This document shows, piece after piece, positions 1 to 12,313 of a stretch of DNA of 36,446 bases; within the stretch, counting starts at the first letter, position 1; the number at the start of each line of letters is the position of its first letter. Below the pieces are notes generated by a model, which had not been told where the DNA came from, ran no database searches, and saw nothing but the letters and a program-made list of their open reading frames with translations. A program made the position numbers and the translations under genes. This stretch comes from Dirinaria sp. TL-2023a (Eukaryota). The DNA lies in assembly GCA_051941275.1 (NCBI GenBank), contig JAVEBF010000061.1, positions 1-36,446 of the forward strand. Reading direction: 5' to 3'.

Positions 1-886
1 ATTTATCTACGCTCGAAACTAAAAAATCGACTTTAGCTGATCTATAAACAACGATCTTTTTGAAATCCTTACTCAGATATTAGACATTTTAGTTGAGATC
101 TCTCGATATCGATTTCGTGTTACTGATTTTCCATGTCTTAGCACGAAGTATTGCGGAGGACGTGTTCGATCGGACTTAGCGTCGGTCATATGACTTATCC
201 CCGATACACACTTGGTAATTCCATCGCACCCAGACCACTATGTACAATAGTTAGCATCCTCATTATTCGTACAGTTGATCAACATTAGTGACCCTCATCA
301 TTGTTAGTCCCTGACACTGTACTAGCTTCGAGACGAAGCTAAGCGAAGAGATCGCAAGTGCGTTACGACCTTGCAGCATCAAGTAATAAGATAGACAATC
401 CAAGTCGCTGACTTGATTTGATTGCTTTTGATAACACCTCCATCAAGATCTTCGACCATGATAAACTCCCTTAATCAAGATCAGGGTCCTGACAACTTCG
501 CAGCAATTGGAATGATGAATCTTCTTCTAACCCTCTCTACTCTAGGGCGCCGCCCGACTGAGCGGGAAGAAGATCCCTCTCTTCTTCTGCCCTCAATACA
601 CTAAGGCTCAAGAATAAGATGAGTCAGCCGTTGAATCGCCGCCAAGACTGGTACGAGTGAGGCTCGAACGGTGAATAAAGACCAGATAACGAGAAGCTCA
701 GCAGATGCTTAGCTACCAAACTAGGCATCAATCGAAAAAATAGAGCTTATCTCGTTCAATGAAGAAAGAGCAAGATCTTTGCAGCTCCTGAGATCTGTCT
801 TGTCAGTCATCTGCTTATTCTCTTGATTTTCTGTCTCAAAGGAAATCCCGTCTCAAAATATTAGTATTCCTAGATCAACTGTCGAG

Positions 887-2311
887 ATGAGCAATATCGA
901 TCAACAGCTTCGACATCAATGGGCCGATCCGGGCGATATTTTGTCACTCCTTCTATTAATCGGCGGAGACATTGTGCAAAAGGCGATCGCTCAACTTGTT
1001 GGTTGCGAAGTCCGTGTCCCCGGTTCAAGCACACGGCTTTCCATTACTCCTGTCGCATTCTCTTTCGGCTGGGTAGCCTACAGTTTCTCGAATATCCTCA
1101 CGGCCTTTGGGGAAATGAGGTTGATGCCATCAACCGATTGTCCTTCGCTGCTGGTGAATTGCTCTAACGGTTTCGTGAGAGAAAATCGTTCTTGGATACT
1201 GGGCCGACTTCTTCGCGATCACGAGCTCAAATGCGCCATCGATAGTCGTGGTAAGGATCAAGGGGGCAAAGGGGAGTCGATCAGGATTGATATCTTCAGT
1301 CTCGGCCCTGTATCTTTCCCTGATCGGGACTTCGTGTGGTGGCTTGGTTGGGTGGTCATTGCCATTCAAATCATGGTGTCCATTCTGCCCTGGATCTTAC
1401 ATGGTGTACGGGACATCATGACGATAACCATATGCGGCAATCTTCTCGCTGTTCTTACTGGTGCCATGCCGCAATGGGCACAGGAGAAGTGGCCCACTGC
1501 AAAGTTGGATCGCGACAAAATCACATGCCTCACTCGCGGAAATGGATATCAGCACATTATGGTCTTCATTGGATCTTCTGGCTCTTGGAATCTCGAGATT
1601 CTGGCGACAGGCGGGTCACATCCACGCCCAGAGACTCGGTGGATGTTATTGATACTTGCAGGGCTGTGGACCTGTCTCTTGGTCAGCGTAGCCGGGATCA
1701 AAAGCAACACCTGGTTTCTCATGGGGATTGGAGGCATCGGCATGTTGCAAAATCTATTGGCTGCAGCAAAACCGCGTAGCCCTGCGACTGCCAATGTTCA
1801 CACAACAAGATATTCTCGAGCCGCGATTATCATTGGACTACGGGATTCCCGCAACAACAGCCCAGGCGCCGAGGAAGACCCTGTAAAAGCGGAAGAGAGC
1901 CTCGCTGCGGTCGTTGCCTGGATTTCACGACCGAAGCAAGCAGCTGCGAGTACAGCCCACCCTCCTTCAATGCCCCAATGGCTCGCTTCCATGTCAAAAG
2001 AGGATGGCACTCCTGTATGGTTGCAACCCATCAAACCAGAGCGCGGTGCTCAGGTCACATACTCAGCTGGCGTGCACGGAGCCTTGATTGAACTGGAAAA
2101 ATGGATCCCAACAGCAGGACTTGCGATGGTCCAAGTATTCTTTCCCCACGGCCTTGTGTACAATGACCCGGCCATCCGAGACAATGTACACAAGCGATTC
2201 TGGAAGAAGGCCTATAGTACCCGGTCGGTTCGGAAAGAGGCGGAGAGGCAAAGGAGAAGCGAGGAACAGAAGCGAGGAACATCCTTGCACCGCGGGGCAT
2301 TTGCAGCCTGA
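887..2311 (+). CDS. Conserved fungal multi-pass membrane protein of unknown function (474 aa, single exon)
   Basis: Long intact ORF with several hydrophobic segments (ILSLLLLIGG, FVWWLGWVVIAIQIMVSILPWIL, IMTITICGNLLAVLTGAM, WMLLILAGLWTCLLVSVAGI, TWFLMGIGGIGML). The motifs GGDIVQKAIAQL and PVAFSFGWVAY match an uncharacterised fungal family as recalled from memory. Confidence 0.85.
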   Translation: MSNIDQQLRHQWADPGDILSLLLLIGGDIVQKAIAQLVGCEVRVPGSSTRLSITPVAFSFGWVAYSFSNILTAFGEMRLMPSTDCPSLLVNCSNGFVRENRSWILGRLLRDHELKCAIDSRGKDQGGKGESIRIDIFSLGPVSFPDRDFVWWLGWVVIAIQIMVSILPWILHGVRDIMTITICGNLLAVLTGAMPQWAQEKWPTAKLDRDKITCLTRGNGYQHIMVFIGSSGSWNLEILATGGSHPRPETRWMLLILAGLWTCLLVSVAGIKSNTWFLMGIGGIGMLQNLLAAAKPRSPATANVHTTRYSRAAIIIGLRDSRNNSPGAEEDPVKAEESLAAVVAWISRPKQAAASTAHPPSMPQWLASMSKEDGTPVWLQPIKPERGAQVTYSAGVHGALIELEKWIPTAGLAMVQVFFPHGLVYNDPAIRDNVHKRFWKKAYSTRSVRKEAERQRRSEEQKRGTSLHRGAFAA

Positions 2312-2328
2312 CTAACGGACGCCTTGAA

Positions 2329-2361
2329 GGGCAGTGAGTGGGCAGTGAGTTGGCAGTGAGG
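2329..2361. repeat. Short tandem repeat, 3 x 11 nt (GGGCAGTGAGT)
   Basis: gggcagtgagt gggcagtgagt tggcagtgagg, starting 17 nt after the stop of the membrane-protein gene. Confidence 0.8.
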
Positions 2362-2697
2362 GGTATCGTGTAACCACACCTGAAAGCCTCGATTATTTCA
2401 GCCGCTCGAGTGCAGAATAATCTTCTCCCTTCATTCACCAGAACAAGGTCTGTCAGTTCTCAATACGTTCGCTAGTGAGTTGGAGAATCCTTCGACTGTA
2501 AAGCACAGTATGCAAACTTGCCTCAATCTCGTGCCATTTCGATCATTTTGCTCAGTTGGCCGCTTTGGAGTGGCACTGTGGCAGTTGCAACGCTGTTCTG
2601 CCGGCTACATGTCTTAAACCCTTGGCAGTGCTCTAGCGCCCTACCGAACCCAATCGATATCGACCTGTCTATCTAAACTGGTGTCGCAGCATCGAGC

Positions 2698-5600
2698 ATG
2701 ACTGAGCAGAGCGGGCGGCATAGCCCAAGCAGGCAGATACATGATCTAGATGATAGTGAGTCCTGAATACCCTACTAGCACGGTTTTCATCAGTCCTTCA
2801 AGGCGTGAATTTCTTCGTTTTCTGCTGTGTCCACAGGCGTTTCATGGATTGACCTTCACTCTCACAGTTCGAAGCGACCTTTTCCGTCGTATCCTTGTCT
2901 GTCTCGCCGAAACCGACAATTTCAGTAAAGCAGCCACTCCAAGCTTCTTTGTAGTCTACGCCCATGATAATGCAAGCGAGGAAAACGTTCGTTTCCTGAT
3001 TGAATGGTTTGGCATCATTCGATCTCGAATGGTTTCTGACAAGCGCCCATTACCGGTTTTGGGGTCCAGAGCAGAAGATTCGGCCAGAAATATCTATTGG
3101 AATCAATCTTGTCTACTACCACACGAGGGTGCTCCATCGAGTGACGACGTAATCACCAGCGTTGATAAGGTTATCCTATGCGCTTCTGAGGTACTGAAGC
3201 GATATTTTGAGCATGAATTCACTCCACCGTACATCCATGGCATCGTGACGGAATTCAATAATAGAGAGTTATTCCAAAAGCCAAATCGCACATTGTTTGA
3301 GAGCCTCAAGGACTTCGTCGAGACGCATCTCCAAAACGACGGATTTCATCATGTTCTCACTGAGCTCGCTTTCCTGAATATTCGAATTTCCTACCTGAAG
3401 CCTCATGGGATCATTCCTCTGGTCCTTAACGGAGATCGCACTGACTACTCGTCGCTTTTTGAAGTGATCGGACTTCAAAAGAGTGATCTAATACTTGAAC
3501 TCAAAGCTCCTATACTGGTTGAGCTGCAGCGACTGTTCTTCAAGCTACTCAAACATGTATATACAGAGCATCATGTTCTCATTGATTTTTTTATGGATTG
3601 CTTCAATACTACAACTAGAAACTTGGCGAACCTCATGCATATGACGGAGTCGCAGCTTAGCAATAAAATCGACTCGGACATTGGCGTAGCACAAGCCAAG
3701 TGGATCAAATTTCAAAACGCACACAGTCGTCATATAGACACCCGCCCAGCAGTCGGAAAACTTGACGAACAATTGATGCAGGTGCTCGGAAAGCTCAGGA
3801 ACCATGATGACGTGCTAGGTTCCATTTATCAGATGGCCAAGGATCGTCAACTGGAATGTGTCCGGAAAAGGTGGAAATTTACCAATCCCAGCGGCAAACG
3901 GATTGTGCTACGTGATAAGATGGAAAACATGATCCGGTGGATCAATACGTATAGGGACTTAGGGCCAGTAGCTACCGAACACCATGCAGCGAGCGCCAGC
4001 TGGCCTTGGGCTGCCGTTCGATATATCCTCGAGACCACAGTGAACGATGACGAGTTGTTTAAAGCAGTGTCAGATAGTCTTGAGACAATTGCAAAAATAA
4101 TCACGAGGCACCGCATGGCCGAAGAGCTACTGATAAGAAGCTCCTGCTCAGATCACGAGACGCAGCTGCTTGAGTCCGCATTAGCTGGTCTGTATATCGA
4201 GATCCTAAGATTTTTAGCCATGGCCGTGGCGTACTTTAAAACCCCCAAATCAAGTAAGAGAACAAATTTCCCCAGGTGATTTGGATTTCGATAAATAACT
4301 ATGCATAGAACGCAGAATCAAAGACCCACTGGTAGCAATGAACGATTATGACCTTCCTAAAGTCTTGCAGAAAGACCACAAAGTCTCTCAACTAACTACA
4401 ATGATCGAAAGACACGCAAAACCACAGGATGAAGTGCCGATCAAAGAGCTACGGCAGCTCATGCAGAGTTCAGAAGCCTTCTTGACCCGCTTGAGCGTTC
4501 AGGAAGAAAAATCAACAAGGGTTATGGAAGCAACCAAGTATCGTGACTTGCTAGTCTGGCTCTCGAACGTCAATTACTCTTGCCACCATCAGTTCCATTC
4601 AGACAGTCGATTGGAAGGGACTGGAGAGTGGCTTTCGGAAAATGATAATTATATCGACTGGAGGTCGTCCAGTATTTCTGCTATCATGATTCTTCATGGA
4701 ATTGTCGGTAGTGGGAAGACGAAAATCGCATCGTGGGTCATTGATTCGTTCATCAACTCTTTGCACAGCAGGATCGAATCCAGCACTCAAGAGACAGCAC
4801 CTATAGCGTACTTCTATTGCAGCAACACTGAGTCCGAGCCTGAACGACGTGACCCTGCAAGTATACTGCGCAGCGTTGTACGCCAAATCACAGTGAATAC
4901 AACTACGACCCGAGTTGATGAATTTAAAGCCCACAGATCCGTTCTCCTAGAATTTGAAAAACGATCGCACCAGTCAAAGAAGAACGGGTTTAGTCCAGAC
5001 AGACTTAGTAACAAGGAGTGCATCAATATCATTGGTCTTGTTGCTGAGACTGAGCCTATTACAATAATCATTGATGCCTTGGATGAGGTTGAGGATGACG
5101 AGCCTCTGCATGAAATGATTCTAGGGCTTGACAATGTTGTCCGCAATGCTGCCAACGTAGTCAAGATCTTCCTTACGAGCCGAAATGGAGGGCCATTATT
5201 CTCGCTTCTTCCCCAGGCGACTAAAATTCGTATCAGCAAAACTGACAACGCAGCGGATATGATAGCTTTCACTCAATGGCAGATCGACAAAGCGGTCAGC
5301 GCGCGTCGGCTGCTCGGTGGCCATCTGGAAGAAGCGACGAAAGCTAAGATTATCGCCGTCCTCACTGCTGGGGCCGGAGAAATGTTTCTCTGGGTCAAGC
5401 TGCAACTTAACCGTATCTGCTGCAGAAAGACTGAGGTTGATGTGCAAGATGCGATCCGGCATCTACCCACAGCATTGGAAGACATATACAACGACGCACT
5501 CGAGCATATCGCCAGTACGGAGTATGGGAAAAGGGCATTTGAGATAGCCCGTTATGCTTTTTTATGGGTGCTCCACGCATGCAGACCACTTTCAATACCA

Positions 5601-8600
5601 GGTCTCCTTCAAGCAGTGTCAATGTCTTTTTCCCAAGAAAGGTTGGCAACGGATCTTACAGTTTTCGAGATCGAGGACTGTTGCCTCTACCTGATTTGTA
5701 TTGATCCCGCGTCCAACATGTTTAGGCCAATTCACCCATCAGTTCAGTTGTTTCTCGCCTCGCGACCAGACTTTGCTAATTTTGAAATCCAATCAATCAT
5801 GGCAAAGGCCACTATCAATAGCTGCTGTCAACTATCTCCAATCGAAGAGCGCCCTGAAGGTAGTCATATCTCAGCTGCCTCAAGCATCAGTTTTTCAACC
5901 TATGCCGTCATGTATTGGCCTTTCCATTGTCAACAAGCGAGCTTGCGGGAAAATACCTCTGAGTTGGGTTCACAAATGATCTCATTCGTCTTTGAAGGCC
6001 CCAGAGACCCCCAGATCAGTATCGAATTCAAGTTTTGGCTCGAAAACACAAAGCGATTAGTACAACGACTTTCTTGGGCCGATCCAATGTTCAAGCGACT
6101 TTGCTCGTTGACAAGCCCAGACAACGACTCGTTGTTCGCCGCGGCAGAATTTGGATTGGGGGACCTTCTCGAGCAGTTGGGCCAGGACCCGATCACAGGG
6201 CACGAGTGTGATCGTAGGAATGACTTGCAACAAACGCCACTGTACCTCGCATCAGTTTCAGGCCATACTAATCTTGCTCGAGTTCTTCTTCAGAAAGGCG
6301 CCAGTGTCGATTTGGCAGGAGGGAAACAAGGCTCACCGGCTCATGCTGCCGCTTTCTATGGCCACAAAGATGTCTGCTTACTTTTGCTTGAACGAGGCGC
6401 GAGCCCTCGACAAACGCCAGATGCTCGCCCTGAGGCTTTTGCTAATGTTGTCGAGGCAGCACTCGCCGGTGGTCATGAAGAGCTTGGAAGAGAAATCTTA
6501 ATCAAAATCGCGCCTACATTGGAAGAGGAGGATCTGAAAACAATCATGAATGAGGCTTGCAGAAGGGGTTATAATCATATTGCTCGCTGGCTGCAGTCGC
6601 AAGTTCCCACACTGGCTCTGTCACCGTTAGTAGAAACGGCTTTGACGAAAGCAGTATGCCATGGGCAAGTTGAGACCATCAAATTCCTTCTCAAAGAAGC
6701 ACACGGAAAATTCGATGTCCTACCTCTCGACACTATTACACTTGCAGCGCTTCATGGGCATGAAAATGTCATTATATATTGTCTCGAACGGGGCTTAGAT
6801 ATCAACCGATTGGGACCATTCGGCTCGCCACTTCGAGTGGCCAGCAGGATGGGACACGACCATATTGTTCGGCTGCTCTTAGACAACGGGGCCAAAGTGG
6901 GTTGTGATCAGCCTCTGCAAGCCGCAGCTTTCTGGGGTCACGTTGAAGTCGTCAAGACTCTTCTTTACATTGGCGGCTTAAGCGCTGACGAAGGCGGAGA
7001 CGAATACGAGCCTCCTCTGACAGTTGCGGCATATAGAGGGCATGTGGACGTTGTCAAAGTTCTTCTAGACGCTGGCGCAGATCCCCGCAAATCGCTGGAC
7101 CCGAAATTCAGGTACGCCAACGCATTTCACGCTGCTGTCGAGGGCGGAAATAATAGCATCGTCGACCTGTTCAATGAGAAAGGGTTCACGCTAGAATATC
7201 GCGTTGAAGCACAGTATGGTCACCGAGCACGGAGTCACGATCTGGACGCTTCAACTTTCCGGAAGCTGAACCTCACGGATATTATGCCCGAGCAGTTAGA
7301 AGCAGAAGGCTCCTTAACCCCAGTGAGACCTACCGGCACCATTCACCAAGCTCCCGTTCAGGAAAAGGGTCCAAACGCCGTAAGTTTGAGACTCTACATG
7401 GACCAAGTGCACAGGATACTTGATAATTTGAGGTTGACAGGAGACGGACATGCTCAGATAATCGGCTTCTTTGCTAGTGCGGTCGAATGCGGAAATTTAA
7501 AGGTTGTCCGGGTGGTAGGCCCTGAAATACAAGAGCAATTGATGTCCCTAAATATTAACAATAGCCAAGACGCATCTAAATGGAAACGCATGGCCCGGGC
7601 TCTTGGTGGTTACCAAGATTGGGAGCCACTGACTGCGGCTGCTTCATATGGTCATCTAGGTTTTGCAGAGTATATTCTGTCGTTGAGAGACAGTGATGCA
7701 TTGATTTCAATGGCTGAGATAGAGAGTTTGCTTTCGGTCCGCTCGAGCACCAATCTCCAAGTTCTTTCTAAAGCTTTGACATATTTAGAAAATCTCTGCG
7801 AGGGGGACGTCGATAAGCACTTGGAAGCTGTGAAGCTCTTGCAATACACAATGCAGACCGCAGCTGGTTTTAGCAGAAAAAGTGGGGTGTTATCCGTTGG
7901 CACTGATAATCCCGAATTGCTAGCTATGTTGCTCGGAAGCCAAGGTGTGACGATACCGACTTCCTCGCCTGAGTCGATCTATCAAGCTTGGGCTATGGGT
8001 CGCGAACATGCTCAAGCGCTGTCTGTTTTATATACCAAGTCGCCCGACAAAGCAGCTCACCTAGCGCAGTGTTTGGTCAAGACTGTGGAACGTGGTCATT
8101 TCCAAAACTTCTTACTTATGATGTGTTGTAGTCCTCCGGACACTGAGAAGGGATTCCTTATTGCCTGTCGTTATGGCCACACCGCTATTGTTGAGTATCT
8201 CATCTTGAAAAGCATGCCAAGTTGGCAAGACCGCTCCAGAACCATGGCCAAAGGTTTGATTCTGGCGTCTCAAAGCGGCCACTCAAACATTGTTAACCTC
8301 GTTCTCACTGGAGGCGCTGACGTCAATTGCGAATTGGAGTATGAAGTAGCGGAAAGAGGTCCCCTTATTGCTACCGATGGATTTGACGAAGCTTTCTACT
8401 GGCAATACAGATATCTCCCGCAAGAACAGAAACCCAATATCTATCAGCGCGCTGATCCCAAGGATACCGATGCGGTTAGGGACTCAGCTGGCGTTGTAAG
8501 TCCTTTAGGCGCTTGTCTTGTAGGCCTTGCTCGCTTTAGCTTAGACCATAATACTTTCAACCACGAAATGGTCAAACAGACTTTGACCCACGAGATCGAC

Positions 8601-11600
8601 GGACCGAGGCGCCTAGCATTCCAGACTAATCATGGCTTTGAACCTTGGCGAAGTCGAGGGTGTGACCAAGAAAAGTGCACAGAAGGTGCAGCTTCGGAAA
8701 ATTTACAAAGAGAAACATTGGGATTACTTCTCGACAAAGGGGCACGAGTCGATCTGCTGTCCAGTAGTTATCTGTCAGACCACCCTTTATTGCTGGCAAT
8801 TAAGTACTGCGGGCCCAAAGTGATAAAACATATCGCGGAGCGTATGAATGCTATCAAGCCAAGCGTTCCTTACGACGAATTGACTGCTTCGATCTTGTGT
8901 CGGCGGTTCAAAAACTTGGAAGCAGCCGAAGAAGTTTCTCAATGCATATCACGACTACGGGCAGAATCTTTGGGAAAACAGAGCGTTTTTCAAATGTTGC
9001 CGAATCTTAATTTGAGATCGTGTGTGCGAGAGCTGATGAGGCAATCCTGCGCGCTGATGATGACACTCCTCTACATCTCTCAATCCATCAAACTTAGACG
9101 CCTTGACCATACCACTGTCAGATCCCATGAAGAGATGCTGTCAGAAGTTCGGTATGAGGCTATGGATCCTTTTTGTGCCCCAGTAGATGGACTGGGAGCT
9201 TTAGTGAGGGAGATCTTGTCAAATCACCAAGAGAGTTTGGATCTAGACGACCAAGGGTTCTTATTTCTACTTGCCGGCATTAGTGGCCGCTCAGCATGGG
9301 TCTCTTGGCTTTCCCGCTATCCAGAACGCTCTCACGATCTCGAACTTTTTTGGCGAAACTACAACCCCACGGAGATCAATCACAGTCCGCCTCCATATCT
9401 TCTAGATTCCCGCATCATTAGTAATCCAGACTTCCAAGAGGGCCGCCCCAATATATCTCCATTAGAGGCGGCGTGTTTCAATGGGCACCTTGAGTTCGTG
9501 GTGGAGCTTTTGCCTGTCTTGCATCACATCTATCCGACCACTGAAACCTGCATCGCACGGCTGGAGAGCGCCCTGTACGCCGCCATTGTAACGGAACACA
9601 GCGAGGTTGCTGCTGCGCTCATACAGAGTGCTTCGCAACTACAGTTTTCGATACAAAGGCTTGACCCAACCATATTTACCCTTGCAGCTAAAGTCCAGTT
9701 GCCCCGGATAGTTGAGCTTCTAATCGAGGCTGGTGTCTATGTAAACTCTGTTGGCCGACCATGCGATGGGTGTGATGAGGCGCCTGCACTTTATTACGCC
9801 TGCACAACGGCGGATCCTAAGATTCCTCAAATGTTGCTTGCCGCTGGCGCTGATGCCACATGGGTGATGCCTCAGGGACCGGATGAGAATGCTCCAGTAT
9901 CAGTATATGATTTTGCTCGGACTCCCTACCGAGGGTTGTCGCGCTTACTGCCCGATATTGTCTTCCATGGGAAAGTGTCCTATAGGATGTCGTGGTCAAC
10001 AGACTTTAGTCACACAAACAGATCGGGCCCTCTCCACATTTCATGCGCATACGGCAATGTTTCTGCATCTCGTGCACTTATTGAGCGTGGTGCAAATCCA
10101 CGGATGGAAAGCACTATTGGAACACCGCTCATTTGTGCCGTTCAGGGAAACAGCTTGGCATGCGTCCGGCTACTGCTCGAGACAATAGACGGCGACGATG
10201 AGGAAGATTTAGGTAAGAGCCTTGACAAAGCCGTTGAAATGGGTGCCTCCGACATAATCGCAGAGCTTTTGTCATGGGGAGCCCCCGTTTTTGGCTGCGC
10301 CGGCAGAAATACACGCAATGCACTTGTTCATGCAGTTGAGTATAGAGATATAGTTTCCTCAGAAAAGGAGATCCGCGAGAGAGTATCAATTACGAAAGCG
10401 TTACTGACTGCGCTAGAGAATATGGAAGATCTGGAAGCTTTGGTTGAAAGCTATGCCGCAACATCGGCTCCCCAACGCGACCCCGTGCAAGTTGCGGCAC
10501 TTAGGGCTATGGAGTTTGGGGACAAAGAGTGTTTTGAGCTCCTAGCCAATTTCCTTCCTGCAGAAATCTCGTACTTCACCGATACCATGCAGCTGCACGC
10601 AGCGTGTTGCGTGGGCTCTTTATCTACAGTTGAGCGGTTAGTTCGTCAAGATATCGATGTGGATGTCCCGGACAGCTACGGCGACCGTCCTCTGCATATT
10701 GCCGCTCATCACCTGCACTACGATATTTTGCAATTCCTCCTCGCAAATGGCGCAGATGTCACGTATAGTAGCAAAAACTTAGGATCCCCCTTGATGACTG
10801 CTATGGAAGGCTGTCTTGCAGAGATGAACCGTTCAATATTTGGCCGCTTACGTGATAGAATCATGGAAGCTGAACTATTGGAACCAGGTCTTCCACCAAA
10901 GACATACTTTGGTCCTGCCAAACTTCATGGTGAAATGGAGAGATACCCTACAATTCACCTGGAGGGTGAGAGAACCGGCAACTGGACAAAAGATGAGATT
11001 GGTAGAATCACCTTCTATATGAAAAGACAGGGGCATACACCGACTTTTCTTCTCCGCACTTTGCAGGTACTTTTCAAGCACGGAGTAGAGGCAAATCCAA
11101 AACCCGGCTACTTTGGCACAGCTCTACAGATAGCTTGTTTCATTAGAAGCGAGACCATCGTAAGACTCCTCCTGGACCAGGGAGCGGATGTCAATGGAAC
11201 CGGCGGCTGGCTTGGGTCGCCGCTTATGGCTGCTATACACGCCGGAAACACAGGCAAGTCGCACAGAATCATCAAGCTACTTCTAGAGAAAGGTGCCGAT
11301 GTTTCATTTCGAACCGAAAGAGGGTGTTCGGTCCTGAATCGCGCCTGTGAACTGACCACTCTGACCAGTATTCGCTTACTTCTCGAGCACGGCGCGGATG
11401 TGAATGAGGGACAAGGAGCGCTCCTGGAGAGAAGATTCGCGTTCGGGCACCCAGGTGTCGCGTGGGCCTTGCTTCGCTACGGCAAGGGACTACGCCTTAA
11501 AAAGGTACATTTGGAAATTGCGAATATCTCACCATGGGGCTATCGAACCTACTTGGGCAAGACGGCTGCTGAGTGGCTCTTAGACTATCGGTACCGCCAT

Positions 11601-11723
11601 CCTGAATTGTGCTGGTCAGACGAAGATCCCAGGCAACTTGAGGAAGCTCTCGATTTTCAAAACTCGTATAAGGATGCCATACAAAAAATTATTAAGTCTT
11701 CGGATTATTGGAAATCGCATTAA
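2698..11723 (+). CDS. Fungal NLR: TIR-like + NACHT_N/Goodbye-type helical region + NACHT NTPase + ankyrin repeats (~2952 aa; exons 2698-2755, 2868-4253, 4309-11723)
   Basis: Introns 2756-2867 (GTGAGT..CAG) and 4254-4308 (GTAAGA..TAG) are both phase 1 and join the ATG at 2698, ORF 2750-4279 and ORF 4338-11723 in frame. Walker A GIVGSGKT (4698-4721), YFYC, Walker B IIIDALDE (5064-5087), IFLTSR, EMFLWV and LPTALEDIY mark the NACHT. Many ankyrin units follow (TPLYLASVSGH, SPLRVASRMGH, PLTVAAYRGH, PLHIAAHHLH, TALQIAC). The upstream helical region carries KRWK..IVLRD..WPWAAVRYIL. Confidence 0.92.
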
Positions 11724-12313
11724 CTATTGAAAATCTATCTGGAGACATGATCAGGTATTTATATAAAGATTGGATAGTCATAAAGACAACTATAATGAAA
11801 GAAATCAAAGAAATTCATCCAGCATACATGATATGAAACAACATGGTAAACATCGGGATCTAGGCACTTCGCCTTTGCCTTGCAAGACCCTAAGGTGAAA
11901 TAAGTGGTTCATCTCTGCATCAAGATGAGAACACGCGATCTAAGGTACTTTATGATTCATCATGATAGGCGGCGCAGGACGAGTTCCTAGCCTGAGCATG
12001 ATCTGCTGGACTCTTATTCTTGCTATCTAGCTTGTTGTTAGAAACAAGTGAAGTTGATTTATAGAACGATATCGGTGCAATAAGAAGACGTCTGTAGCAC
12101 AAGTAGGATAGCCAAATCTTCAATTAGTAAACAAAAGTTTTACTCAGCGTCTCTCCAAACGCACTTGAAACTTATTAAACTTTGATCGTGAGAGATATCA
12201 CTTCTGTGAGAAGAGAGAGTCAAAGAATGGGCAAGTCTAGAAATCTGTACTCCAATTGTAACCCCTTCATCTTCAGACTTGCCGTTTCCGAAATTGATCA
12301 GCTTCCAATCCTC

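Noticed and set aside
1..880. AT-rich, possibly RIP-degraded flank and ORF 422-604
   Set aside because: No recognisable transposase or RT motifs and no terminal repeats; the short ORF has a non-ATG start and no motif.
2750..4279. Treating the 509-aa ORF as a separate gene
   Set aside because: A canonical in-frame intron (4254-4308) joins it to the NACHT ORF, and its first ~39 codons mostly fall in intron 2756-2867.
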